IMG/VR virus record: IMGVR_UViG_3300024334_000003
Span: 1 to 56,985 of that record
DNA length: 56,985 nt
Strand: one strand, 5' to 3'
DNA from: a virus
Taxonomy: Duplodnaviria > Caudoviricetes
Part shown: positions 34,162 to 44,895 of the stretch, in pieces
Position numbering within the stretch: position 1 is the stretch's first letter
Layout: each line of letters begins with the position of its first letter
The notes under the pieces: model-generated
What the model was told of the DNA's origin: nothing
What the model saw: only the letters and a program-made list of their open reading frames with translations
Databases searched by the model: none
Translations under genes and position numbers: made by a program

Positions 34162-36615
34162 ATGACCCAAGGGAGCAAAAATAACAAATACGGTAATTTC
34201 CCTGACCCCTTTGCGTCACCGCTAGAGAAATCAGACCGTTCTTACGGATTAAGGTATGCGAAAGCTATTGAAAGCCAATGGGGTAAAAGCGACAACTCAG
34301 GTTCCTTACTAAGGCAACGCCTGCATGATTTTGAAAAGAATCGGGACTACGCAAACGGCACGCAAGACACCTCTGTTTATAAGCAGATTCTAAATTCACT
34401 CGACCCTAATAACGGGGACGGGACACTACTTAATCTTGACTGGAGTCCGGTTCCTATCGTGCCTAAGTTTGTTAAGGTGGTTGTCAATAGGATTCTATCT
34501 AGAAAACCGTACCCATCTATTGATGCTATCGACCCCGTAAGTAAGGGCGAAAAGGACGAGGCACGCGCTGCTATCGAATCATCAATCGAGGACAAAGAGC
34601 TTCTCAAGGAAGCAAAGGCTATGGGTCTTCAACCTAATATTGACCCAGACATCCTTCCGGATACAACGGAGGAGGCTGAGATATTCATGGAGCAAAACAT
34701 GAAAACGAATGCGGAGATTGCTGCTCAGTTAGCTACTTCACTCACGTTGGATTGGAATGACTTTGACCAAACTGTTTATCGCAGAGCTGTGGAGGATTTG
34801 GTGGTGTGTGGAATGGGTGTCATCAAAAGAGAGAATGACCCGAACTACGGTATAACCACGAAGTATGTAGACCCATCTACATTCCTACATAGCTACACAG
34901 AAGACCCCACCATGTCTGATATTGTGTACGGTGGTCACATTAAAAGAATCAGCATTCAGGAGTTGAAGCGAATGGCTGGCGATGAACTTACTGAAGGTCA
35001 GTATGAGGAGATTGCTAGAGGAGTGATGGGGAAGAATTACAACGACAAAAGTTTGTTCGGTGTAAAGAGCTACGACAGAGGGGCTGGGGGCTACACCCAT
35101 GGGTACGATGACTACCTAATAGACATTATGGACTTTGAGTTCTTGTCTGTTGATTGCGTGTATTACGAGAGTAAAGAGTCTCAGTTTGGAAACACTGGCT
35201 TCTACTTTAAAGGGGGCGAGTACAAGGAGGCAGCTGGCTCTGTGTATGACAGGAAGCCATACAAGATGGAGAACCAAACCATCTATGGCGGATGCTACGT
35301 CGTCGGGACCAGTATGATTTTCGGATACGGCATGAAGAAGAATGTGCCTAAGAATGTACACGACCTTACGAAGGCTAGGCTTTCTTACAGCGTTGCTTGT
35401 ACAAACATACGGCGCATGCGACCCAAGTCTATTGTCGGTAGCGTTATCGGATTCGCTGACCAATTACAGCTCACACACCTGAAGATTCAACAAGCTGTAG
35501 CTAAGGCTAAGCCGGACGGAATCTTGGTTGACGTTGAAGGACTTGAGAATGTTCAGCTTGGAAGAGGAGGTGATTTGCAGCCATTGGAGATTCAAGACAT
35601 CTACGAGCAGACTGGTGTGTTTTATTACAGGAGTAAGAACCCAGAGGGTGGATTTCAAAATCCTCCTATCCGTTCAATAGAGAACAACATTCGAAACATC
35701 AACGAGTACATCAATCTATACAACCACTACTTGCGTATGATTCGTGATGCGACAGGAATCAACGAGGTTATGGATGCGAGTACACCGAAGGGCGATGCTT
35801 TGGTTGGAGTGAGACAGCAGGCTCTTGCCGCAGGCAACAACGCTTTGTATGACATCACAAACGCGGGTATGTTTTTGTATCGTAGAGTATGTGAGGATAT
35901 TGTTAAGTGCTTGCAGGTTATCCCGCCGGACTCAGTTCTGTATAGGGTTTATGAGAAGGCCGTGGGTGAGAAGAGCATGGGCGTACTCCAAAGTTTTGAG
36001 AATCTACCCATGTACAACTTTGGTGTTATGGTCGTTCAAGAAATGTCTGATGACGACCGCATCTTCCTTGAGCAAAATGTTCAAGCCACCTTAGCGCAAA
36101 AAGAGATTGACCTTGAAGATGCTATGGCAATCAGACAGGTTAAGGATATTGACCAAGCTCAAAGACTACTTGCCGTAAAGAGAAAGAAGCGCATGCAGAT
36201 GCTTCAGCGTCAACAGCAACAGAACATGCAGGCTCAAGCTCAGGCAAATGCACAAGCTTCCCAAGTAGCCGCGCAGACTGAGATGCAAAAAATGCAGGTG
36301 GAGGCTCAGGTGGAGGTTCAGAAAATTCAGCTCAAAGGTCAGGTCGAGGTTCAGGTTGCTGCTGCTCTGCATCAAATGAGAAAGGAGCTTGAGATGATTA
36401 GAGCTCAGGCAAGCCTTGGGTTTAAGGCTGATGACAAAGAGTTTAGACAAAAGATTGAAACCTTGAAAGAAGACCGCAAGGATGCTAGAGTAGAGAAACA
36501 GGCTGTTGAGCAATCAAAGCTTATCTCTCAACGACAAGGCAATCGGGGTGAACTTGAAGGTCAGCAGGCTGGAGTTAATCAAGAAGTAATCAACGAGATT
36601 TTTGGAGATGAGTAA
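34162..36615 (+). CDS. Portal protein; probable start ATG 34162
   Basis: Follows terL; LNLDWSPVPIVPKFV, IRDATGINE, Gln-rich C-terminal coil; TATATTTG at 34130. Confidence 0.85.
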   Translation: MTQGSKNNKYGNFPDPFASPLEKSDRSYGLRYAKAIESQWGKSDNSGSLLRQRLHDFEKNRDYANGTQDTSVYKQILNSLDPNNGDGTLLNLDWSPVPIVPKFVKVVVNRILSRKPYPSIDAIDPVSKGEKDEARAAIESSIEDKELLKEAKAMGLQPNIDPDILPDTTEEAEIFMEQNMKTNAEIAAQLATSLTLDWNDFDQTVYRRAVEDLVVCGMGVIKRENDPNYGITTKYVDPSTFLHSYTEDPTMSDIVYGGHIKRISIQELKRMAGDELTEGQYEEIARGVMGKNYNDKSLFGVKSYDRGAGGYTHGYDDYLIDIMDFEFLSVDCVYYESKESQFGNTGFYFKGGEYKEAAGSVYDRKPYKMENQTIYGGCYVVGTSMIFGYGMKKNVPKNVHDLTKARLSYSVACTNIRRMRPKSIVGSVIGFADQLQLTHLKIQQAVAKAKPDGILVDVEGLENVQLGRGGDLQPLEIQDIYEQTGVFYYRSKNPEGGFQNPPIRSIENNIRNINEYINLYNHYLRMIRDATGINEVMDASTPKGDALVGVRQQALAAGNNALYDITNAGMFLYRRVCEDIVKCLQVIPPDSVLYRVYEKAVGEKSMGVLQSFENLPMYNFGVMVVQEMSDDDRIFLEQNVQATLAQKEIDLEDAMAIRQVKDIDQAQRLLAVKRKKRMQMLQRQQQQNMQAQAQANAQASQVAAQTEMQKMQVEAQVEVQKIQLKGQVEVQVAAALHQMRKELEMIRAQASLGFKADDKEFRQKIETLKEDRKDARVEKQAVEQSKLISQRQGNRGELEGQQAGVNQEVINEIFGDE

Positions 36616-37006
36616 CGCAACAAAGATTAATCTAGATACCTCATCGAGAGTCGATGTGACTTGCAGAAAGGGAGATACTTTCTCTCTTCGGCTGACCGTG
36701 ACTAAGCCTGACGGTACTGCTGGTTTTAAAGTTGGAGACATATTCCTCTTTGAGGTTAGGCATTCTGACACGGGTGACTATGTGAAAAATGCAGCCGACG
36801 TAAACTTTGCGGCCACCGTTACAGCTGATTCAGATGACTTCGCAAATAAGTACATTGATGTTACTTTGGCAGCTACTGTAATGAAGACCATGCCTTCAGG
36901 ACTTTACGTTTATGATGTGGAGCAAAAGGCGGGCATCGACAATGCAGTTACTACTTTAATTTTTGGCACACTGAAAGTCAATGAAGATGTTTCAATAACC
37001 GCGTAA
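36608..37006 (+). CDS. Tail/baseplate-upper-like structural protein
   Basis: RKGDTFSL..GLYVYDVE..TLIFGTLKVNEDVS. Confidence 0.65.
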   Translation: MSNATKINLDTSSRVDVTCRKGDTFSLRLTVTKPDGTAGFKVGDIFLFEVRHSDTGDYVKNAADVNFAATVTADSDDFANKYIDVTLAATVMKTMPSGLYVYDVEQKAGIDNAVTTLIFGTLKVNEDVSITA

Positions 37007-37015
37007 TGAAGCACC

Positions 37016-38770
37016 ATGCCTGTAAGTGTAAACCAGCCTAAAAATGTAAAAGTATCCAGCCAGCACGGTGACATCATTAAGGTGTCTATTGTTAAAGATG
37101 GCCCGGACATTAAAGTCGTTACTTTAAATCAGGTAGCGGACAACTCCATCTCTATTGCTGGTGCCATTGGTGCTGGTCCAGCTGGTGCTACAGGTCCACA
37201 AGGACCGCAAGGTCCACAAGGACCAGCGGGTGCCGATGGTGCCGATGGTGCTCCCGGAGCGGACGGAGCTGACGGTGCCGATGGCGCGGATGGCGCGGAT
37301 GGCGCGGATGGTGCCGACGGTGCCGACGGTAGTGATGCAACAACTGAAACCCTAGACTCTGCAATTACTGTATTCTTACCAGACGGCGGTAACTTCGGAA
37401 AGTTTTCTCACACTGACCAGATAGTAGTAGGTGATGGTAATAAGACTGCCATCGACATAATTAGAGAGGCTCTTGTTCAGTTAGGGCAAATCCAAGCTCC
37501 TACGATAAATGTCACACCTAATAGTGTGGGCTTTAACGACACGCCTATTAGTAATGCTACAGCGCAGATACAAGCTTCTGTAACAAACCCCAATAGCTCT
37601 CAGGGCTCTACGATTACTTTCAAGTTTTACAAAAAGATTGGTAGTGGTGCGTTTAGTTTGATTCACACTCAAACTGGTGTTACTGGAGCATCAGCGAGTT
37701 ACACCCACAGTGAGACCTACAGCTTTGCCTTCGCTACAGAGAACCCAACTAATGAGCACATCACTTGGAAAGTAAGTGCAGAGGAACCTGATAACGGTCA
37801 GGGTGAGGTGTTTAGCTCGGAGGTAGACTACGACCCCGTGTATATCTCACCAAGATTAATAAAGACCAACAACACAAACGGTATTGAGCTTCAGAGAAAG
37901 TCCAATGCATTAGCTACGGTTTCATCAGACGAGACCGACTCCAATCGTCAGCTATACAACGGTGAAAGTAATCTCAAGTTTAAGGTTGAGGTTGAAACGA
38001 GCGGCGTAGCTCTGGATAGCTACGCGGTTTTAGATTCTAACAATGCTCTCGTTGGAAGTATAGTAGACATATCTGGTGAAAGTCTTGACTCTAACGGAAG
38101 AACCAGCACGTTTAGTATTGCTATAGATGATGGCGATGTCGCTATTGGCGATTCTAATACATACAAGGTAAAGATTTGGGATAGTGTAAGACCTTACTCT
38201 AGCTTGAGTTCTACTGAGTGTGACTTTGAATCTGCCTCCTACTCAGTAAATAGGGTTCCTGTTAAACTGGTTCTAAGCTCTACTGCTCTAACCACCTCAA
38301 GTACTGACTCAAATTTTCAGGATATGTACGATGGAGACACTTCCAACAACGGTGTTTCGTGCTACCCTGAAAACATAACTTCTACTGGTGACTTACTTGA
38401 CGCTAATACGTCTCAGTTGAGTGTCAGTATGCTTGTAAATACTTCTCAGCAGACAGGAGATTACGTTTACGTCTTTGTTCCTTCATACTATTTTTCAAAT
38501 GGTAGTGGGGGTTATCAGGATTTAACAGGAGGGGGTAATGTCAATCAAGATTTCTTTGAGGACTTTGGAGGTAACAACTACACGCAAAGAATAGAGAACC
38601 CCCCACAAACAACGGGTGACTTCTGGCTCCTGAAAGAAGCGTTAAATTTGCAAATTCAATTTGGCACAGCCAGCAATAAAATTCCATTTCATGTCTTGAG
38701 GCTCTATGAACCATTGGCTAACGTTGGTTTGAGAGGGAGCTATTACCTAATAAGAAATACGGAATCTTGA
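37016..38770 (+). CDS. Collagen-repeat tail fibre
   Basis: 18 Gly-X-Y triplets then a beta-rich region. Confidence 0.8.
   Translation: MPVSVNQPKNVKVSSQHGDIIKVSIVKDGPDIKVVTLNQVADNSISIAGAIGAGPAGATGPQGPQGPQGPAGADGADGAPGADGADGADGADGADGADGADGADGSDATTETLDSAITVFLPDGGNFGKFSHTDQIVVGDGNKTAIDIIREALVQLGQIQAPTINVTPNSVGFNDTPISNATAQIQASVTNPNSSQGSTITFKFYKKIGSGAFSLIHTQTGVTGASASYTHSETYSFAFATENPTNEHITWKVSAEEPDNGQGEVFSSEVDYDPVYISPRLIKTNNTNGIELQRKSNALATVSSDETDSNRQLYNGESNLKFKVEVETSGVALDSYAVLDSNNALVGSIVDISGESLDSNGRTSTFSIAIDDGDVAIGDSNTYKVKIWDSVRPYSSLSSTECDFESASYSVNRVPVKLVLSSTALTTSSTDSNFQDMYDGDTSNNGVSCYPENITSTGDLLDANTSQLSVSMLVNTSQQTGDYVYVFVPSYYFSNGSGGYQDLTGGGNVNQDFFEDFGGNNYTQRIENPPQTTGDFWLLKEALNLQIQFGTASNKIPFHVLRLYEPLANVGLRGSYYLIRNTES
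37175..37336 (+). repeat. Collagen-like Gly-X-Y coding repeat (GPQ/GAD)
   Basis: 9-bp periodic ggtgccgat/ggcgcggat units. Confidence 0.95.
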
Positions 38771-38771
38771 G

Positions 38772-39308
38772 ATGCCAGAGTTTAACGGACCATTATCACA
38801 TTCATCTGACTCTGCGAAGCTCCTTGAACTTGCCCTTCATCAAACTAGGGGTATTGGTTTATTCGATACTGTAGCTGAAAGAAACTCGTTGTCTTCCGCC
38901 AATAGGTCATCACCCTATTTGGCCTACATGTGCAATGACGACAAGCTATATGTGTATGATGGACCTAGGGAATCCACAGCGGGTCTCGACGATAAGTTCC
39001 AGTCGGTAGGTGATTCGGATTGGACAAACACCTCCAACTGGAAAGAGGTGGGTTCGGGTAGTGGGATTGACAATGTTGTTGAGGACACTTCGCCTGAGCT
39101 TGGTGGAAACCTAGATGTTCTTGCTCACTCTATAGTATCTAGCAGTAACAGAGACATAACCTTTACTCCTAACGGGACTGGTCATGTTAACTTAGATGGC
39201 GTTGTAGAGTTCAAGAGGTTCTCAAGCGGCTCAGAGCCAGAAGCTTTTCTTGGAGGCATGTACGCTGATGAGAACGACAACCTTTACTTCGGAGTTACTT
39301 CGGAGTAA
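38772..39308 (+). CDS. Tail fibre-associated protein
   Basis: VVEDTSPELGGNLDV..ITFTPNGTG fibre motif. Confidence 0.7.
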   Translation: MPEFNGPLSHSSDSAKLLELALHQTRGIGLFDTVAERNSLSSANRSSPYLAYMCNDDKLYVYDGPRESTAGLDDKFQSVGDSDWTNTSNWKEVGSGSGIDNVVEDTSPELGGNLDVLAHSIVSSSNRDITFTPNGTGHVNLDGVVEFKRFSSGSEPEAFLGGMYADENDNLYFGVTSE

Positions 39309-39353
39309 CGTAAAACATCTTATCTTAGCAAAAAATTACAACCCCATATTCTC

Positions 39354-40652
39354 ATGGCAGATTGGAAAAGAGTTCTGTTAGAAACAGACATCACGCAAAC
39401 AGTAACGGATGGAAACACAACCACTGTTCCGTCAGAAGATGCAGTTGAAGCGGCGATTGCCACTGCTGTCAACGGACTGACATCGAATGTTGGTACTGTA
39501 ACATCGGTCACCGCAGGTGATGGTATGACTCAGAGTGGTACTAGCACTGTTGACCCAACCCTCAACGTAGTTGGCGGTGATGGTATTACTGCCAATGCTG
39601 ACGAGATTGAAGTAACCGTTGATGGTACTACTATCGAGCTGTCAGCGTCCAATGGTTCTGGTGCAGTTCGAGCAAAGACAGCAACTGTAGCCGACGGCAG
39701 CGCAGCCCTTGCAACTGGTGACCAGATTTATGATTTCGTTATCGCTCAAGGATACACGGGTGCGGTTGATTCAGGAACGACCAACCAGCTCACTGTTGCC
39801 GATGGTGCAGCGCAGGGTACGCCGACACTGAGTATTGTCACAGCAGCTGTAGCCGACGGCGAAACAGCTCTAGCCACGGGCGACCAGATTTACGATTTCG
39901 TTACTGGAATCACCGATAACCTTTCAGGTGCTGACGGTACTGTAACTTCGGTTACGGTTGATGGTGGTGCCAACATTACTGATACTGGCGGTCCAATTAC
40001 GACCAGTGGCACTATCACTCTAAACCTCGACCAGAACTTGCTCTCTATGGTATCCATGAGCGGTGTCAATGGTGCGACCAGTGGTGATACCGACTTGTCG
40101 GGTGGAGACCTTACGTTCACTGGTGGTATCAGTACTGGTACGGCAATCGGTGGTGATATCTTCTTCAAGGCATCAGGAGTTAATGGAAGCTCCAACATGG
40201 TTGCCAACGCGGTTGAGACAACCATGAAGATTGCAGCACCAACAACCGCTGGAGGTGACTCAGTTGTTACAATCTATGGTGACCTCGTTGTTAATGGTAC
40301 CTCATCATCTATTGATGTACAGACTCTGACTGTTGAAGACAAGACGATTTTGGTTGCCGATGGAGCAAACAGCGTTGGAGCCGCTGACGGTGCTGGACTT
40401 ACCGTAGACACGGTTACGGCTACCCCCGCAAACCATCCTAACTTTATTTGGAAAGACACCAACCTTGGTGTTGCTGGATGGCAGTTCAAAGACCACGGGG
40501 CCGCAGCCTCTGCTGGTAGTGCTCCAATGGGTGTTGCTGCTTTGACTAAAGGAACCGCAGAGCCTGACTCGGCCATCATGCCTACTGGTGCTATGTTTTA
40601 CAATACTGGCGGCGGCTCAGGAACTAAAGGACTTTATCTATACCTTGATTAA
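39354..40652 (+). CDS. Tail fibre protein
   Basis: GTVTSV repeats; GDLVVNGT..LTVEDK; MADWKRVL N-terminus. Confidence 0.75.
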   Translation: MADWKRVLLETDITQTVTDGNTTTVPSEDAVEAAIATAVNGLTSNVGTVTSVTAGDGMTQSGTSTVDPTLNVVGGDGITANADEIEVTVDGTTIELSASNGSGAVRAKTATVADGSAALATGDQIYDFVIAQGYTGAVDSGTTNQLTVADGAAQGTPTLSIVTAAVADGETALATGDQIYDFVTGITDNLSGADGTVTSVTVDGGANITDTGGPITTSGTITLNLDQNLLSMVSMSGVNGATSGDTDLSGGDLTFTGGISTGTAIGGDIFFKASGVNGSSNMVANAVETTMKIAAPTTAGGDSVVTIYGDLVVNGTSSSIDVQTLTVEDKTILVADGANSVGAADGAGLTVDTVTATPANHPNFIWKDTNLGVAGWQFKDHGAAASAGSAPMGVAALTKGTAEPDSAIMPTGAMFYNTGGGSGTKGLYLYLD

Positions 40653-40828
40653 TGGGTTTACTAGGAAGGAAGAAAGAGGTTACTGGTTTTAACCCCAATG
40701 AACCTCTCTCTCAGCAGGAGGTAACCTTTATCTTAAAGACGTTGCACACTTGCACGTTCGAGGGTAAGGATGTACTTTTGCTGGCAGATGTAGTGAACAA
40801 GCTGCATAGTTTTTTGAAGTCACAATAA
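40652..40828 (+). CDS. 58-aa protein, possible fibre chaperone; not in the ORF track
   Basis: TAATG-coupled; MGLLGRKKEV..FEGKDV..VVNKL. Confidence 0.65.
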   Translation: MGLLGRKKEVTGFNPNEPLSQQEVTFILKTLHTCTFEGKDVLLLADVVNKLHSFLKSQ

Positions 40829-40844
40829 ATTAAAGGCGATTACA

Positions 40845-41027
40845 ATGAAATTAGAATTAAGTGAACTTTATTTGGTGAAGACCTCCGTTGAAAATCAAAC
40901 AATCAAAGCGTCTGACTCTCACACTGTTAGTGCTCTTTTGGATAAGATTGGAAAGGAATTTGAGAGGGTGCAAAAACTAGAACAAAAGAAGCAGCCTTCC
41001 GGTAGCGTTATGGAGGCTGCAAAGTAA
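40845..41027 (+). CDS. Small protein, possible fibre chaperone
   Basis: 60 aa; TIKASD..V..LLDKI. Confidence 0.65.
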   Translation: MKLELSELYLVKTSVENQTIKASDSHTVSALLDKIGKEFERVQKLEQKKQPSGSVMEAAK

Positions 41028-41036
41028 TGCAACCTC

Positions 41037-42371
41037 ATGGCGAATTGGAAAAAAGTACTTACTGAGGATGACGGTAATCTAGCCACCACAAACCTAACTC
41101 AGTCGGATGCGGGTAGAAGCTACACTCTAGCTAGTAACGGAGGGAGTAACCTCAATTTTGTTTCTGGAAACTCAAACACCGTACTGCAATTAATTACCGG
41201 GATTACAAACGCGGGCGGCGACCTTCTTGTTGTTAAGTCTAACGAAGCTCGATTCCAAGGTTCATCTGGTAGTCTTCCCGGTAGAATTGCACTATTTGAG
41301 GCAACCGATAATGGCAGTTATAAGGTTGGTCTTTCAGCTCCTAACCTTACACAAGATTATGAGTTAAAGCTACCTACGTCTCTCGGTAATTCTGGAGATG
41401 TACTTCAGACAGACGGCAGTGGCAATCTATCCTTTGCTGCTTCGTCCTCATCTGACACACATCTCGGCAATACCAACTTAACAGCAGACGACAGCAGGAC
41501 TTATGACTGCGATGGAAACGACTTAACCATAGACCCTAACGGAGGTCAGTTTGAAATTAGTGACTCTACTGGCTCTCCTGTTTCACCTGAATTTGCAGTT
41601 GGTCAGGGTCAGGTACACATAAAGACCGTCGCTAATGGTATGTCTATTAACTCCATAGTGTATCCTGACTCTGACGGAACTACCGGTCAGGCACTTACCA
41701 CCAACGGTTCTGGCACACTCTCATTTTCTACGGTGTCAGGAGGAACGATTGATGGTAGCGGTGGCTCAAACCGCATCGCCATCTGGAGCGATTCAGATAC
41801 TCTTACCTCTGACTCTGAGATAACCTACAACGCCACCGGTCACAGAATCGAAGCAGGGTCATTCACAGCTTCCGAGATTTCGGGTAATGCATTTAGCGGA
41901 ATAGTTACCACTAAAGCACTTCAAGCCCAAGAAATAAATGTTGGTTTTGCTGCTACTACGTCAGCTGGTTTGTTTGGAACGGGCTCTAGGTTATTGAAGA
42001 AAGGAGGTTCATTTACAGGGACTCTGACTGCTGGACGAATTATGAGATACTCTCAGGGTCAGGGCACCAATCCCATCACTACAGCTGACCACACAACCTC
42101 GGCTGGCGCAACGACAATGTTGTTTTGTACTACTGACGCGGCAGATGCTCAAGAGTTATTGCTTAATGGTATCATAAAGATGTCAAGCAATCAGGGCTGG
42201 AATAATGCTGCACAGGGAACCCCACTCTACTTAGGGTCTACTAGTGGCCATGTCCAAGCATCACCTCCTACCACTCAGAACTACTACTCAAGAATTGTTG
42301 GATACGTTATCAACGCAAGTAGTGCACTAATCTACTTCAGCCCGTCACAAGAGTGGATTAAAATCAGCTAA
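41037..42371 (+). CDS. Tail fibre protein
   Basis: MANWKKVL; GDVLQTDGSGNLSF and GQALTTNGSGTLSF repeats. Confidence 0.8.
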   Translation: MANWKKVLTEDDGNLATTNLTQSDAGRSYTLASNGGSNLNFVSGNSNTVLQLITGITNAGGDLLVVKSNEARFQGSSGSLPGRIALFEATDNGSYKVGLSAPNLTQDYELKLPTSLGNSGDVLQTDGSGNLSFAASSSSDTHLGNTNLTADDSRTYDCDGNDLTIDPNGGQFEISDSTGSPVSPEFAVGQGQVHIKTVANGMSINSIVYPDSDGTTGQALTTNGSGTLSFSTVSGGTIDGSGGSNRIAIWSDSDTLTSDSEITYNATGHRIEAGSFTASEISGNAFSGIVTTKALQAQEINVGFAATTSAGLFGTGSRLLKKGGSFTGTLTAGRIMRYSQGQGTNPITTADHTTSAGATTMLFCTTDAADAQELLLNGIIKMSSNQGWNNAAQGTPLYLGSTSGHVQASPPTTQNYYSRIVGYVINASSALIYFSPSQEWIKIS

Positions 42372-42373
42372 TC

Positions 42374-43228
42374 ATGGGGGAAATTTCAGGAGTATCAACA
42401 GACGACATTTCAAGCATCAGCGGTTTTTTTGTCACGCAAAGCGGAGGCGGCACAGCTACAGCTACACCGACTATCTCGGTTAGTGGCGGTACGTTCGGGG
42501 CAGTTAATGTGACGGTGACGAACCATTCAACCGCATACACAAACCCAAACTATTCTGTGACTGCGGTGGTGGGCGGCACAACTACGGTTATTGATTCAGT
42601 AGTAGACCGCACGTTAGATACTGGTAAACGCTCTGTAGGTGCTTCCATGAATTTTAACGACACAAATACAACGACAGGAACCAGAACCGTGAGCGTAAGG
42701 GCTCAGGAGTTTGGGGATAATGTTCAAAGCGCAGCGGTGACAGCGACCTATGATGTTTCGTTTATTCAAAGTAGATACCTGCGGATTAGGGGTGTTAGTT
42801 CAGACGGGTCAGACTCCAACAATAGATTAGCAATGACTGACTTAAGTTTTTATACTTCTCAGGGTCAAGGCGGAACGGAATATCCTACTACAAATATGAC
42901 TAGCAACACCTCAGAGACTGGGATTGCGGTCTCTCAAGGTCATGTGTATAGTAATACTTACGCGGCGTTCAAGGCTGTAGATAGTTCTAGCTCCCTATCT
43001 TGGCTTTTGGGTACGAACGCTGCAAATAATTGGTGGCAAATAGAATGGGAGCGAGGAACATATTCAACCATTCCGACAATTAAAAGCGCGAGGATTAAGT
43101 TTCACTCCCAATGCGATGCCAGCCATTTTAAACTTCAGGGAAGTGATACAGGAGCGTTTACAGGAGAGGAGACGGATTACGGAGTGTTTACAATATCCGC
43201 CGAAAACACCTATTTAAACTTTGGCTGA
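42374..43228 (+). CDS. Fibre/receptor-binding protein with discoidin (F5/8-C)-like C-terminus
   Basis: AAFKAVD..W..NWWQIE..FKLQGSD. Confidence 0.6.
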   Translation: MGEISGVSTDDISSISGFFVTQSGGGTATATPTISVSGGTFGAVNVTVTNHSTAYTNPNYSVTAVVGGTTTVIDSVVDRTLDTGKRSVGASMNFNDTNTTTGTRTVSVRAQEFGDNVQSAAVTATYDVSFIQSRYLRIRGVSSDGSDSNNRLAMTDLSFYTSQGQGGTEYPTTNMTSNTSETGIAVSQGHVYSNTYAAFKAVDSSSSLSWLLGTNAANNWWQIEWERGTYSTIPTIKSARIKFHSQCDASHFKLQGSDTGAFTGEETDYGVFTISAENTYLNFG

Positions 43229-43407
43229 TGTACACTAAGAAATCAATTAATGCTGCTATAGACGCAACTAGCGCAATGTGCTTTGTTCTTCACGTAACAG
43301 GTGAAGAGTATTGTGATGCTGTTGCTATAGCTATGCAGATTAGTCACGACCAACAGGGTGTTCTATCAGAGTCAGACAAGGAGATGATAACGTCTTTAAT
43401 GCCCTAA
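43228..43407 (+). CDS. 59-aa hypothetical protein, not in the ORF track
   Basis: TGATG-coupled; MYTKKSINAAIDA... Confidence 0.6.
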   Translation: MYTKKSINAAIDATSAMCFVLHVTGEEYCDAVAIAMQISHDQQGVLSESDKEMITSLMP

Positions 43408-43441
43408 AAATCCCACCTCTTCTTTTTATTATCTTTGCTGA

Positions 43442-43762
43442 ATGTCCAGTGCCGCAGACAAAGCCAAGAAGCTAGGTTTTAAGGGAGTCAACAAACCAAA
43501 GTTGACTAAAGGGCATGCAACAAAAAAAGCAGCTGTGGTTAGTACACTTGGCCCCGGTCAAGAGAGCGGTGTGCTTGTTAGGTTTGGCGACCAGAGCATG
43601 GGCAATAACTACAGCTCAAAAGCTAGAGCTGCATTCAGAAGCAGACACGCAAAAAACATTAAGAGGAAAGGTAGTGCTGCATACTGGGCAAACCGATTCC
43701 TTTGGAGCAAGGGTGGTCACAGTAAGACACCACCAAAAAGCCAAAAGAAAACTTACAAATAA
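43442..43762 (+). CDS. Small basic conserved virus protein
   Basis: VRFG..ARAAFRSRH..SAAYWANRFLW; TATCTTTG 4 nt upstream. Confidence 0.8.
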   Translation: MSSAADKAKKLGFKGVNKPKLTKGHATKKAAVVSTLGPGQESGVLVRFGDQSMGNNYSSKARAAFRSRHAKNIKRKGSAAYWANRFLWSKGGHSKTPPKSQKKTYK

Positions 43763-43768
43763 TTCAAT

Positions 43769-44881
43769 ATGAGTAAAGATTTAGAAACCGCAATGGCGGA
43801 GGCTGGGTTTGCAATTAGCGACACACCGCCAGTACAAGAACCTACACAAAATGCTGTGGAAGAAACCGTGGCAGATGCTCCAGTGGAGCCTGTCCAAAAT
43901 GAAGTCGTGGCTGAACCAGCTGCTACTGAAAATACGCAACCTGTTGCAGAGCCTGAAGCTCAACCTTCAGAGTCTCTTCAGGAAGCTGTAAAAGAATCTG
44001 AATCATTCGAAGGCTTGGATGTCGATTCCGAAGTCCTCAAGTATCTAAGCGAAAAGCTTGGGACAGAGGTCTCTGGTTACGACTACTTGTCCGACGTGAT
44101 TTCAAATAAACCCGTTGAAATCGACGAGCGCGTTTCCGCTATCAATGATTTCGTCCGCAAGACGGGTCGTAGTCCAGAAGACTGGTATAAGTATCAGCAG
44201 TTGAACCCATCCGAAATGGATGACCTTACAGCTGTACGAAACCAGATGGTTATTGAACACGGCAATCTCACAACAGATGAGGTGTCTTTGTTGATGGCCA
44301 GTAAATACAAACTGGATGCCGACCGTTTTGAAGAGGGCGATGTCAACCTAGCGAAACTTCAACTCAAGATGGATGCGGAATCCGCACGGAAGTCTATCTC
44401 CGAACTCAGGGACGCTTATCAGCTTCCTGTTGATGAGAACGGAGACACGGAAGTGCAATCTCCTATTACTGAAGACTGGGTGAGAACAATGACTGCTGAG
44501 GTAAAAGACTTTGATGGTTTGGTATTTGAGCTTCCAACGGGTGAGAAATTCACCTATGGAATCAAAGACGACTATCGGTCACAACTCATTAGTAAGAACT
44601 CTCGACTAGAGGAATACTTCGATGACTATGTGAATGACGGAGGTGACTGGAACTTTGAGAAACTCAATGCCCATAGAGCTGTAGTAGACAACATTGATTC
44701 TATTGTAAAGTCTGTGTACCAACAGGGGCTAAGCGATGGTCAAAGAAAGGTTGTGCAAACGGCAGCTAATGTGAGTAACGATACAGCTCAAAGGGACATG
44801 TCTCAAGGTCAATCAGATGGTGTTGCAGAACAACTCAGAAAAGCTTTAGGTGGTAGGGGAACAATGACTTTTAACATCTAA
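43769..44881 (+). CDS. Capsid scaffolding protein (putative)
   Basis: Acidic, low-complexity N-terminus; directly before the capsid gene. Confidence 0.7.
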   Translation: MSKDLETAMAEAGFAISDTPPVQEPTQNAVEETVADAPVEPVQNEVVAEPAATENTQPVAEPEAQPSESLQEAVKESESFEGLDVDSEVLKYLSEKLGTEVSGYDYLSDVISNKPVEIDERVSAINDFVRKTGRSPEDWYKYQQLNPSEMDDLTAVRNQMVIEHGNLTTDEVSLLMASKYKLDADRFEEGDVNLAKLQLKMDAESARKSISELRDAYQLPVDENGDTEVQSPITEDWVRTMTAEVKDFDGLVFELPTGEKFTYGIKDDYRSQLISKNSRLEEYFDDYVNDGGDWNFEKLNAHRAVVDNIDSIVKSVYQQGLSDGQRKVVQTAANVSNDTAQRDMSQGQSDGVAEQLRKALGGRGTMTFNI

Positions 44882-44895
44882 AAAACTTAGAACAA

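Noticed and set aside
37016-43228. Diversity-generating retroelement acting on fibre genes
   Set aside because: No reverse transcriptase and no TR/VR pair differing at adenines
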